Shown: positions 18,453-27,460, counted from the stretch's first letter. The stretch is 64,000 bases of DNA from Clostridia bacterium (GCA_017430145.1 JAFRNP010000131.1:8885-72884), one strand, 5' to 3'. Notes: a model not told the origin generated them from the sequence alone. Numbers and translations: made by a program.

Positions 18453-18475
18453 GAAAAAAAACGGAGGCGCATCTG

Positions 18476-19447
18476 ATGAGACTTGCATCCATCGGCACAT
18501 CGGGGATCTGCGAACACTTTCTGAACGCCGCGGCGTCTGTCCCGGGGATCGAGCTTTATGCAGTTTATTCCCGTGATCCAGAACGCGGAGAGGCTTTCAG
18601 GCAAAAATACCACGCGAAAAAACAGTATAACGATCTGACAGCCTTGGCATCAGATCCTGAGATCGACGCCGTTTATATCGCGAGTCCGAATGCGCTCCAC
18701 GTCCGGCAGAGCGTTGTGCTTCTCAACTTCGGTAAACACGTTCTTTGCGAAAAACCGGCGACCACAACTCTGATCCAGTACATGAAACTGTCGGAACTTG
18801 CAGCCAAAAGAGGCATTATTTATGCGGAGGCGATCATGTCCATCCATACGCCGGCATTTTCAGTGCTTAATAACGCTCTGAAAGAGATCGGCAGGATCCG
18901 CAGCGCAACGATCGATTTCTGTCAGCTCTCATCAAAGTATCCGGCATATCTGAAAGGCGAAAACCCGAACATCTTCAACCCGGAATTTGAGACCGGATGC
19001 CTGATGGATATCGGCGTATATAACCTGTATCTTGCCGCCGCCCTTTTCGGGCAGCCGGAAAGGATCCAAAGCAGCGCCGTATTTCTTGAAAACGGCGCCG
19101 ACGCCGCCGGAAGCGCACTGCTTCACTATAAAGATATGACGGTGACGCTGACCTACTCCAAGGTCGCACAAAGCTTTTCTCCATCGGAGATCCTCGGGGA
19201 CCTGGGCACGATCCGCATCGCGTCGGTCTCACAGCTGACCGGGATCGAACTTATGACGAAAACGGAAACAAAAACGCTCGTCCCGTTTGAGATCCCGCGA
19301 AAAGATGTCATGGCCGCTGAAGCCGCATATTTCAGGGACTGCGTGGAAAAAGGGAACCACCCTTCCCGCTCCTTTGCAGAACATACAGCCTGTACAGTCC
19401 GGGAAATGTGCGACGAGATACGCCGGCAAAACGGATTCCCGTTCTGA
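18476..19447 (+). CDS. Gfo/Idh/MocA-family oxidoreductase (second copy, short form)
   Basis: MRLASIGTSGICEHFL..., DAVYIASPNALH, and VLCEKP (the EKP motif). Confidence 0.8.
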   Translation: MRLASIGTSGICEHFLNAAASVPGIELYAVYSRDPERGEAFRQKYHAKKQYNDLTALASDPEIDAVYIASPNALHVRQSVVLLNFGKHVLCEKPATTTLIQYMKLSELAAKRGIIYAEAIMSIHTPAFSVLNNALKEIGRIRSATIDFCQLSSKYPAYLKGENPNIFNPEFETGCLMDIGVYNLYLAAALFGQPERIQSSAVFLENGADAAGSALLHYKDMTVTLTYSKVAQSFSPSEILGDLGTIRIASVSQLTGIELMTKTETKTLVPFEIPRKDVMAAEAAYFRDCVEKGNHPSRSFAEHTACTVREMCDEIRRQNGFPF

Positions 19448-19459
19448 TCCCGGACGTCT

Positions 19460-20272
19460 TCAATACCGGGTCGAGATCCACGTGATCGCGTCGGCGATCG
19501 CGCCGTCGTTATTGGAGCACACTTCCACTGCCGCAGCCGCTTTTGCTTTTTCGCAGCCGTTGGCAGGCACGAATGCGGTTTTGACTGCCCTTAGCATATC
19601 CAGATCATTTTCGCCGTCGCCGATCGCAAAAACGTTTTCTTCCCTGACGCCGAGCATGGAAGCCAGCTTCAAAAGCCCTTTCCCTTTGTCGGAAACAACG
19701 TTGATCAGTTCCACAAAATCCCCGTCCGAAGGGATATATTTGATTTCCCGAGGGATCTCCCTGTCGAGGAACCGCTGTACGGCGGCGCCGGTCTCTCTGC
19801 CGCAGCTGAGCATGATTTTGACACAGGGACGTTCGATCGCCTGCGGCGAAAGGATATCCCGCCAGACGATGGACTGCGCCTCAAAATGCCGTTTCGACCG
19901 ATCGTTGAGCCGGACGGCAAAGCTCTCAAAGGCGTCGGTATAGGCTTCTATACAGATATCCGGAAAAGCCTGCATCAGTTTTCCGATCACCAACCGTGCG
20001 TCCGGGACGGGGATCCCGTCGCAAAAAACCGTTTGCCGAAGATCGTATCGGTACGCCATGATACCGTTTGCAAGCAGCACGGGAGCGTTCATCAATCGCG
20101 GATCATACGCGTGAAAGCCCTGTTTTGTACGCCCGGTGCATACGGTAAACAGCCCGCCGTCTGCAATAAAACCGGCAAGCGCCTGCCGGTTGCGGCACAC
20201 GATCTGCCCATGATCATCCGCAAGCGTACCGTCGTAATCGGACGCAAGCAGGATCCCCGAAAACCTGCCCAT
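19460..20272 (-). CDS. Cof-type HAD-IIB sugar-phosphate phosphatase
   Basis: Start MGRFSGILLASDYDGTL (DxDGT motif I) with RBS AAAGGGGA. Motif IV is GDGENDLDML. Confidence 0.8.
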   Translation of the reverse strand: MGRFSGILLASDYDGTLADDHGQIVCRNRQALAGFIADGGLFTVCTGRTKQGFHAYDPRLMNAPVLLANGIMAYRYDLRQTVFCDGIPVPDARLVIGKLMQAFPDICIEAYTDAFESFAVRLNDRSKRHFEAQSIVWRDILSPQAIERPCVKIMLSCGRETGAAVQRFLDREIPREIKYIPSDGDFVELINVVSDKGKGLLKLASMLGVREENVFAIGDGENDLDMLRAVKTAFVPANGCEKAKAAAAVEVCSNNDGAIADAITWISTRY

Positions 20273-20309
20273 CAGTTTTCCCCTTTCTAAAAAAAACGGA
20301 GGTACACAT

Positions 20310-21233
20310 ATGACAAATAGAATTCCCGACGGCGTGTTTCCGACCATGCTTACGCCTTTTACATCCGATAACCGTATCGATTATCCCGCCGTAGAAGCCC
20401 TGCTGCAGTGGTATACGCAGCGCGGCGTCGACGGCATATTCGCCATCTGCCAATCCAGCGAGATCTTTTTTCTGTCTTTTGAAGAGCGGCTGCAGCTGCT
20501 GCGCTTTATTATGGCGCATAAACCGAAAGATGTATGCATCGTCGCCTCCGGAAATGTCGAAAACGATATAAAAAAACAGCTCGATGAGGCAAAACGGTTT
20601 GCGGACTGCGGCGTAGACGCTTATGTGTTTATCTCAAACCGTCTGGCCGCGGAAACGGAACCGGACGACGTTTTTCTGGAACGGCTGCTTAAAGCCGCCG
20701 ACGCGCTGGATCCCATACCGCTCGGGATCTATGAATGTCCCTATCCTTATAAAAGGGTCCTCACGCCGTATGTGATCGGCAATATCGCCCGAAGCGGCAG
20801 GTTCGCGTTTATCAAAGACACCTGCTGCAGCCTTCCGCTCATAAAGGAAAAACTTGCCGCTGCCGAAAATACAGGACTGAAGATCTACAACGCAAACGCA
20901 GCAACGTTGCTGCGATCCTTAAAAATGGGCTGCGCCGGGTATTCCGGCGTGATGGCGAATTTCCATCCGGAACTGTATACGGCGCTTTGCCGCTGCTACC
21001 GAACTGAGGCTGAAAAAGCCGAACGCCTGCAGACGGTACTGGGTTTTCTATCCGTGATCGAATACCAATGGTACCCTGTTAACGCAAAGTATTATTTGCA
21101 GTTGGAGGGCCTTCCCATTCAAACGTTCTCAAGAACAAAAAGCGACGCGCTGCTGACCGAAAGCAAAAAACTGGAGATCGAACAGATGCGCGCGCTGACA
21201 AATATGCTGAAATCCGAACCCGGTCTTTTATGA
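20310..21233 (+). CDS. DapA/NAL-family (class I aldolase) lyase
   Basis: GVFPTMLTPFTSDNRIDYPAVEALLQW..GVDGIF. The Schiff-base Lys context is FAFIKDTC. RBS GGAGG lies 8 nt upstream. Confidence 0.75.
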   Translation: MTNRIPDGVFPTMLTPFTSDNRIDYPAVEALLQWYTQRGVDGIFAICQSSEIFFLSFEERLQLLRFIMAHKPKDVCIVASGNVENDIKKQLDEAKRFADCGVDAYVFISNRLAAETEPDDVFLERLLKAADALDPIPLGIYECPYPYKRVLTPYVIGNIARSGRFAFIKDTCCSLPLIKEKLAAAENTGLKIYNANAATLLRSLKMGCAGYSGVMANFHPELYTALCRCYRTEAEKAERLQTVLGFLSVIEYQWYPVNAKYYLQLEGLPIQTFSRTKSDALLTESKKLEIEQMRALTNMLKSEPGLL

Positions 21234-21245
21234 CCGGGCTTTCTT

Positions 21246-22097
21246 TTACCGTACCAGCAAAGATTTGCCCGTATCTTCCAGCCGGAAGAAAACCGGCCGT
21301 TCATATAACGACCTGTTGGGACTGTGGAGCGTTAAACGAAGGTCCCCGTTCAGATCGCGAAAGATCATCCCGTGGCCGCCGTCCTGGGTAAACAGAGGCT
21401 CTGTCTGCCGCCACGGGCCCGTCACCTTGCCGCTTTCGGACAAAGCAAGACACTGATAATAACTATTATTGATAATAGTAGACCAGATCATATAAAGGCG
21501 AGCGTTCAGACCGCGGTAAAGAAACGGCCCGTCGGTCACAAAACGTCCGCCGGGTTCGGGTTTTGCGCCGAATGCGTCGTCGCCAGAGAACAGATAAACG
21601 GGGGCGCCCGCCGCAGAAGAAAGATCGTCAGTCAGCGGGACTGTGCAGACGGTGCCGTTCATGATCTGAACGTGTTCATGGCAGAAAACAAGATACGGAC
21701 GCCCCTCTTCATCCACAAACAGGGTGCCGTCCAGGCTCCACCATTCCTCCGGCGTAAGCGCCGCCGTACTTAACGGGCGGAAAGGCCCCGTGGGCGCATC
21801 GGCGACCAATGAATAGGTCCCGCGAAAACCGTTGGGCTGTTCAAAGGTTGCGAAAACATAATACTTCCCCTTATATTTGTGGATCTCCGGCGCCCAGTTT
21901 GACGACCTGTTTAACCCGAACGCCGCGGAATCGAAGATCGGGACAGGTGCGCTCCAGTTTTCAAGATCATTCCCGACATAAACGTCAAAACCGCCGGTCC
22001 CGATCCCAAAATTCTCTGCGCGCGTCCCGTAGAGATAGTAATTTCCGTTTTCGCACAGAATAAACGGATCCCTGATATTGATCTCTTGATTTTTCAT
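21246..22097 (-). CDS. Glycoside hydrolase family 43-like protein, no signal peptide
   Basis: Start MKNQEINIRDPFIL (catalytic-base Asp context) with GGAG 7 nt upstream. WAPEIHKYKGKYYVF is present. The expected acid motif reads TDGPFLY. Confidence 0.7.
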   Translation of the reverse strand: MKNQEINIRDPFILCENGNYYLYGTRAENFGIGTGGFDVYVGNDLENWSAPVPIFDSAAFGLNRSSNWAPEIHKYKGKYYVFATFEQPNGFRGTYSLVADAPTGPFRPLSTAALTPEEWWSLDGTLFVDEEGRPYLVFCHEHVQIMNGTVCTVPLTDDLSSAAGAPVYLFSGDDAFGAKPEPGGRFVTDGPFLYRGLNARLYMIWSTIINNSYYQCLALSESGKVTGPWRQTEPLFTQDGGHGMIFRDLNGDLRLTLHSPNRSLYERPVFFRLEDTGKSLLVR

Positions 22098-22119
22098 CGA
22101 AAACTCCATTTGCTCTTTT

Positions 22120-22911
22120 TTATTCAAGATACATAAGCCGAAGCTCCTGCAGCTCGTCCGGTGTAACGCCGAACCTGCCGATAACAAATTCCTTCGCGCC
22201 GCCATACCGGTTTTTCATCCCGTCGATCAGCCGGCGGAGATATCGGGGCTTAACACTGAGCAGCACCTCCATCGCTGAAAGCTGCCTCGGGTCCGCAAAA
22301 GCCGCAAAGGTTTGCAGCAGCGCCCGGCAGACGTCCCCGGTAAACACGCCGGTCAGAAGATAATCCTCCAGAACAGTCTCCTCATCCACCCCGAGACAGA
22401 GCTCCAATACGGCGCTGGTCACTCCCACGCGGTCCTTGCCCGCTGAACAGTGCCAAAGTACGGCGCCTTCTTTCTGTGAAAGCAAAACGTCAAAAAAGGA
22501 ACGGAAGACGGGCGCAGCATAATCGTCGAACAATAGCTTGAGATACATTTCTTCAAAAACATCTTCGGGGGCGCGGTCCGTATCCCGGAACATATTCATC
22601 CATGCCTCCACGGAGTATTCATCTCTGGCGATCCCGAAAAAGCTCTCGTCCAGCAAGGACAGATACACCTGCCTTGCACCGGGGACCGGCTTGTCCGGCG
22701 CCTGCAGGATCTCCGCCGGCGTACGCAGATCGACGACGGTACCGACCCCGTACACCTTTGAAAGCACTGCAAGATCCGCATCCGACGCACGGCTGAGCTC
22801 ACCGCTTCGAATGAGGCGGTGAGCTTTGACCGTTTTTCCGTCCGCAGTTTTCATACCGCCGAGATCTCTGGTGTTTTCCAGAGACGGCAACGCCAAAAGC
22901 TTATTATACAT
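22120..22911 (-). CDS. Protein-tyrosine phosphatase (Y_phosphatase3-type, CX5R)
   Basis: NTRDLGG...LIRSGEL...VVDLRTPAE. The active site is HCSAGKDRVG. Confidence 0.75.
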   Translation of the reverse strand: MYNKLLALPSLENTRDLGGMKTADGKTVKAHRLIRSGELSRASDADLAVLSKVYGVGTVVDLRTPAEILQAPDKPVPGARQVYLSLLDESFFGIARDEYSVEAWMNMFRDTDRAPEDVFEEMYLKLLFDDYAAPVFRSFFDVLLSQKEGAVLWHCSAGKDRVGVTSAVLELCLGVDEETVLEDYLLTGVFTGDVCRALLQTFAAFADPRQLSAMEVLLSVKPRYLRRLIDGMKNRYGGAKEFVIGRFGVTPDELQELRLMYLE

Positions 22912-23017
22912 TGGCCTGATTCTCTTTCAATTCATTTTTATTTGCACAGCAACCGCAACAACGGTTTCAGAAATTTCGGACTGGTCCAGACGATCACGCG
23001 CATAGCCACACTCCCTG

Positions 23018-23164
23018 TCACGCTTTGATGATCAGAACACCGGCGGCAACAAGCAGAACTGCGAGAGTGATCACCACAAATTTCGTCGGGAAACAGCAGG
23101 AAAGGAACAATCCGATCCCAAAAGCCGCGACCGCGAGTCCCTTCGGCAAATTCCTTCGTTTCAA
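23018..23164 (-). CDS. Candidate 48-aa two-TM small membrane protein (not in the ORF track; TTG start)
   Basis: TTG 23164 lies 9 nt after AGGAG. The translation is (M)KRRNLPKGLAVAAFGIGLFLSCCFPTKFVVITLAVLLVAAGVLIIKA. It has its own promoter-like element upstream. The 84-aa track ORF in another frame looks non-coding. Confidence 0.35.
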   Translation of the reverse strand: MKRRNLPKGLAVAAFGIGLFLSCCFPTKFVVITLAVLLVAAGVLIIKA

Positions 23165-23264
23165 AAAGCATCACTCCTACTGCGGGGCACAAACGGCCCT
23201 TTCGTTCCGGAACCTGTCAGCCGACATTCTCCGGGCAAAACAGTTTATGATTTTACCTCGCAGT

Positions 23265-23293
23265 ATTATACGCCAGCCGCAAAAAAACGTGAA
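23265..23293 (-). promoter_or_regulatory. Sigma-A-type promoter candidate immediately after the rsgA stop, driving the small ORF
   Basis: Minus strand: TTCACG (23288-23293), 17 nt spacer, TATAAT (23265-23270). Confidence 0.45.
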
Positions 23294-23295
23294 CA

Positions 23296-24177
23296 TCAGT
23301 AACGCGGCTTCATGCTTTTTAATTCCTGATACATTTTCGAATAACTCTCGTGCCGTCCGCGGTCGATCATGCCGCTGCCGAGCGCCTGCAAAACGGCGCA
23401 TCCTTTATCGCAAACGTGCGTACAGGACGGATAGAAACGGCAGCTGAGCGCATATTCACGGAACTCCGGAAAACATTCCCAAAGCGCCTCCTTCGGGATC
23501 TCTGCCCCGTCCTGCTCCATATCGATAGAGGAAAAACCGGGCGTATCCGCCAGATACCCCTCTTCATGCGGGTAAAGCCGCACGCTTCTGGTGGTATGCT
23601 TTCCTCGGCCGAGTTTGTCGCTGATCTCATTCGTCTCCAGCCGGAGTTCCGGGTGCAGAAGATTTATGAGCGACGATTTGCCGACGCCGGAATTGCCCGT
23701 AAAGGCGCTGACGCCCGTTTGGGCCAAAGAAGCGATCCTGTCCATGCCTTCACCCGTCACAGCGCTGCATTGTACGACCTCAAAACCCGCCTCTCGGTAG
23801 ACGTGCTGTAACGCTGCGGTATCGGAGAGATCCGCTTTTGAAAAGACCAGGATCGGCGTGATACCGTGAAATACAGAGATCGCCGTCAGCTTGTCAAGCA
23901 CATAAATATTCGGCTTGGGCCTTGCTGACGAAACGACAATAAACAGCCGGTCAAGATTTGCGACCGGCGGGCGCAGCAAAAAATTTTTACGCTCTTTGAT
24001 CCCGGAAACTACTGCTTTGCCCGTTTCACGCGAAGCCGTGACCGTTACGAGATCGCCCACAAGCGGCGTCAGTTTTTCTTTCCGGAACGCGCCCTTTGCC
24101 TTGCATTCCAGAACGCCTTCGGGCGTTTCGACGTAATAAAACCCGCTGATGGCGTGCAGGATCCTTCCTTCTGACAT
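23296..24177 (-). CDS. rsgA: Ribosome small-subunit-dependent GTPase A
   Basis: An OB-fold N-terminus, the circularly permuted GTPase motif GNSGVGKSSLINLL, and the C-terminal Zn knuckle CRFYPSCTHVCDKGCAV. Confidence 0.9.
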   Translation of the reverse strand: MSEGRILHAISGFYYVETPEGVLECKAKGAFRKEKLTPLVGDLVTVTASRETGKAVVSGIKERKNFLLRPPVANLDRLFIVVSSARPKPNIYVLDKLTAISVFHGITPILVFSKADLSDTAALQHVYREAGFEVVQCSAVTGEGMDRIASLAQTGVSAFTGNSGVGKSSLINLLHPELRLETNEISDKLGRGKHTTRSVRLYPHEEGYLADTPGFSSIDMEQDGAEIPKEALWECFPEFREYALSCRFYPSCTHVCDKGCAVLQALGSGMIDRGRHESYSKMYQELKSMKPRY

Positions 24178-24260
24178 ATGCTACCTCTATACAAAGTGCC
24201 GCCCGTTTTCCGGCGTCGCAGCAAAACGGCGTTTTCCGGAAAGGGCGGCGCTGATATCGT

Positions 24261-26627
24261 TTATTCCTGTATTTCCTCAGTGGTAGCTTCCGTAGGCGTC
24301 TCTGCGGAACCCTGCTCCGTTTCCGGCTGCTGTGTTGCAGCTTCCGTTTCAGACGACGTCTCCGGCCCGAGACTGACCGTGAGCGTGATGACCGTTGACG
24401 TGGAGTACTGCGTGATATCGCTGCTTACCGGAGACTGAGAGATGACCGCTCCCTTTTCGACCGAAGAACTGTACTGGTTTTTTATAACGACGTTTGAAAA
24501 ACCGGCGCTGCCGAGCTCATGCTTTGCATCATCCTGTACTTTTCCGACCACATCCGGCAGGCGGACCTTCTGCGAATAAGAATACCGCTGCGCGGAGACC
24601 GAAGGCGGATCGTCCGTAAAATCGATCGTGCCCTCGCAAAGAAGCGTTCCCTCCAGATAGATCTGGAACTTCGCATTTGCGTCCGTCCCGGTAAAACCGA
24701 ACGAAAGAGAACTGCCGTCAAGGGAAACGCCGGATTTTGTCTCATAAAGATTCCCGTTCAGATAGGATTTCAGCGTCCCTTTTTCACCGCTGACAGACGG
24801 AAGCTGGATCCCGACTGAAGTGGAACCGGTCTGCGGAACGCCGTTCCCGATGACAAGGTTGATCTCGGAACCCTCGGGAAGCAGCTCGCTTGCCGCAGGA
24901 TTTTGCCGGATCACATAGTCTTTTTGTGAAGCAGAGCTGGAATCGTATTCGATCGAACCGACCTTGAAACCCGCAGCCGTGATCTTTGTTTTCGCAACGG
25001 ATAGCTGGTAACCGATCAGGCTCGGGACCTCGACGCCTTCCTCGGACGCTTCATCCGACGCATAGAAGACAGTCACGTGCCCGCCGCGCTCCACATAGGA
25101 ATTCATGCTCGGCTGGGTAAAAACGACCTTGTTCTGTTTTTCGTTGGCGTTCAGCACCGGGACGAGCTCGACGACCAGGCCCTTAGCGGTCAGGATCTCT
25201 TTTGCATCGTCCTTATCCTTACCCTTCAGGTCTTCGATCAATACCATCTCCGCAACGGACGCGACGGTCAGTCGGATCACCGTATCCTTCGGCACCTTTG
25301 CCCCTGCCTCCGGCACCTGTTCACAGACGCGCCCTGCTTCATAGGTCGTATTATATACGTACTGCGGCTTGTCGATCGCCAAATTCGGGTACTGCTGCAA
25401 AGCCTCCTCATAATCCATATTCAGGAAATTGGGGACCTCGATCTTATCATTGGAAAACAGACCGAAAATGTCAAGCTTCTCCCAAAAACTCTTTCCCTCC
25501 GTCTCGGTAACGACGCCGGTTTTTTCACCGACAAGGTCCTTCAGGGGCTTTGCGAATGCAACGCCGAGGATCAGCGCAACGGCCAGAACCAGTGCGACGG
25601 CAACGCCGATCAGGATCGGGATCGTTACGTTTTTCTTTTCAAGATCCTCTTCCTCCGGGTCATCCTGCTCATCCGGGACTTCCGGATCGGTCTCTCTCGT
25701 TACCGCTTCGATAAGGTCGGCGTCTTTCGGAAGGCCGGAAACATATTTCGTGGGGTCCTTATCGATAAAATAGTCGTAGTCGAACGTCAGGTCCGGATCT
25801 TTTTTGATCGCGTAAAGGTCCGAAAGAAATTCCGCAGCCGATTGGTAACGGTCAGCCGGGTTCTTCTGCATCGCCCGCAGCGTGATCTGCTCAAGCCCCT
25901 CCGGGATGGACGGATTCAGCTCTCTGGGGCGAACGGCTTCGTCCCTGACGTGCATGATCGCAACGGAGATATCGTTTTCAGACTCAAACGGCAGCTTACC
26001 GGTGAGCATCTCGTACAGAACAACGCCGGCGGAATAGATATCCGAGCGTCCGTCCGTGTATTCGCCCCTCGCCTGTTCAGGGCTGATATAGTGTACGGAA
26101 CCGATCGCGGAGCTCTCCACGACGTTTCTGGACTCCGCCCGGTTGAATCTGGCGATACCGAAATCGGTGACCTTGATCGTTGCATTCGGAAGCAGCAGGA
26201 TATTCTGGGGCTTTACGTCCCGGTGGACGATGCCCTTATCGTGCGCGTGCTGGAGCGCCCGCAGGATCTGGATGATAAAATGCAGCGCTTCCTTGCGGTC
26301 AACGACGTGCTGACGTTCAATATATTCCTTCAGCGTGATCCCTTCCACATATTCCATAACGATATACTGCAGGTTGATGCCGAAATTCACGCCGTAAACC
26401 TTCACAATATTCGGATGGGACAGCATGGCGATCGCCTGCGATTCGTTTTTGAACCGCATCCGGAATTCTTCATTCGCGAGATATTCGTCCTTCAGGATCT
26501 TGATGGCTACGGTCCGGTCATCCTGCCGGTCGTACGCTTTATAAACGACAGCCATACCGCCGATCCCGACGATCTCCTGTATTTCATATCTGTTGCCGAT
26601 GACTTTTTTCAGATAGTTGTTTTCCAT
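24261..26627 (-). CDS. prkC: Ser/Thr protein kinase PrkC (Hanks kinase, TM, PASTA repeats)
   Basis: Kinase motifs VAIKIL, HRDVKPQNILL, DFGIAR and SPEQ. TM helix ILIGVAVALVLAVALILGVAF. Four PASTA-like units are present. The likely start is ATG 26627 (MENNYL); the track starts at GTG 26642. Confidence 0.9.
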   Translation of the reverse strand: MENNYLKKVIGNRYEIQEIVGIGGMAVVYKAYDRQDDRTVAIKILKDEYLANEEFRMRFKNESQAIAMLSHPNIVKVYGVNFGINLQYIVMEYVEGITLKEYIERQHVVDRKEALHFIIQILRALQHAHDKGIVHRDVKPQNILLLPNATIKVTDFGIARFNRAESRNVVESSAIGSVHYISPEQARGEYTDGRSDIYSAGVVLYEMLTGKLPFESENDISVAIMHVRDEAVRPRELNPSIPEGLEQITLRAMQKNPADRYQSAAEFLSDLYAIKKDPDLTFDYDYFIDKDPTKYVSGLPKDADLIEAVTRETDPEVPDEQDDPEEEDLEKKNVTIPILIGVAVALVLAVALILGVAFAKPLKDLVGEKTGVVTETEGKSFWEKLDIFGLFSNDKIEVPNFLNMDYEEALQQYPNLAIDKPQYVYNTTYEAGRVCEQVPEAGAKVPKDTVIRLTVASVAEMVLIEDLKGKDKDDAKEILTAKGLVVELVPVLNANEKQNKVVFTQPSMNSYVERGGHVTVFYASDEASEEGVEVPSLIGYQLSVAKTKITAAGFKVGSIEYDSSSASQKDYVIRQNPAASELLPEGSEINLVIGNGVPQTGSTSVGIQLPSVSGEKGTLKSYLNGNLYETKSGVSLDGSSLSFGFTGTDANAKFQIYLEGTLLCEGTIDFTDDPPSVSAQRYSYSQKVRLPDVVGKVQDDAKHELGSAGFSNVVIKNQYSSSVEKGAVISQSPVSSDITQYSTSTVITLTVSLGPETSSETEAATQQPETEQGSAETPTEATTEEIQE

Positions 26628-26719
26628 TTTCACTTTCCGCACACAGACGCGGCGCCAGTTTACATATGCGCCGTCTGTATGCGCGTCTTACTCCTTTCTG
26701 CCGAAACTTCAGGATCCCG

Positions 26720-27460
26720 TCACTGATAGCTGACAACGACTGCCGTGATGTTGTCGCCGCCGCCGTTTGCGTTCGCAGCGGAAATCAGTTTTTCACATGC
26801 CTCGGCGGGAGAATTCTGTTTCAGCGTATCGGAAATGACTTCTTCGGAAACGAAATTTGTCAGGCCGTCGGAACACAGCAGCAGTTTTTCATTTTTCCTG
26901 AGAAGCGTGGAAGTAAAAGTCAGGTCGATATGTTCGTTGATGCCCAGCGCCTTTGTGATCACATGCCGGTCCGGATGGTGGTCCGCTTCGTTGCCGGTGA
27001 TGATCCCTGCGTCCAGCAGCGCCTGCACGTAAGAATGGTCCTTTGTGATCCGGATCAGCGTAGCGCCGCAGATATACGCACGGCTGTCGCCCGCATGGGC
27101 GATCACGACCCGGTCGCCGATGATCAGAGCGGCGATGACCGTGGTACCCATGCCGGCGAACTCCGGAGACGAATGGGCCTTGTCATAAACAAAAATGTTC
27201 GCAGCGGAGATCGACGTCAGAAGCAGATTTTTAGCGGAATCCGGCGTCATTCCGTTTCGCCAGCCGTCGCTCACGCGTTTGCTGACGGTATCCACGGCAA
27301 TTTTGGAGGCGATCTCCCCGCCGTTATAGCCGCCCATCCCGTCGCAGACAACGGCAAAACAGGCGTCGTCACCAAGGCAGAAAACGTTACAGGAATCCTG
27401 GTTGTTCTGCCGCTCATTCCCGGTGTCCGTTTGTGAAGAATAAATGAATGTAATCGCCAT
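26720..27460 (-). CDS. stp: PP2C-family Ser/Thr phosphatase Stp/PrpC
   Basis: Start MAITFIYSSQTDTGNERQNNQDS with RBS AGAAGGAGA. Motifs VCDGMGG and GGGDNITAVVV. Confidence 0.9.
   Translation of the reverse strand: MAITFIYSSQTDTGNERQNNQDSCNVFCLGDDACFAVVCDGMGGYNGGEIASKIAVDTVSKRVSDGWRNGMTPDSAKNLLLTSISAANIFVYDKAHSSPEFAGMGTTVIAALIIGDRVVIAHAGDSRAYICGATLIRITKDHSYVQALLDAGIITGNEADHHPDRHVITKALGINEHIDLTFTSTLLRKNEKLLLCSDGLTNFVSEEVISDTLKQNSPAEACEKLISAANANGGGDNITAVVVSYQ

Noticed and set aside
22938-23192. 84-aa track ORF between the phosphatase gene and rsgA
   Set aside because: The sequence is Cys/Arg-rich with no RBS. A different frame on the same strand gives a 48-aa two-TM peptide with AGGAG-9-TTG, which I consider more plausible. 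It is reported as a low-confidence feature.
23165-23262. The leader of the small ORF as a known riboswitch (ykkC/guanidine, fluoride, preQ1, c-di-AMP)
   Set aside because: I compared it by eye with the consensus cores I remember for these classes and found no match beyond trivial GGUUCCGG-type similarity. It needs a covariance-model scan before any such call.
25077-26726. 549-aa ORF antisense to prkC. Similar long antisense ORFs also occur (e.g. 42255-43421, 14224-15183, 59417-60376, 60301-61170, 10987-11874, 44651-45499, 4486-5271, 57392-58198)
   Set aside because: The explanation is the same codon-bias artefact. Each lies opposite a gene with unambiguous family motifs. All are Arg/His/Asp/Gly-rich, have no recognisable domains, and several cross gene boundaries.
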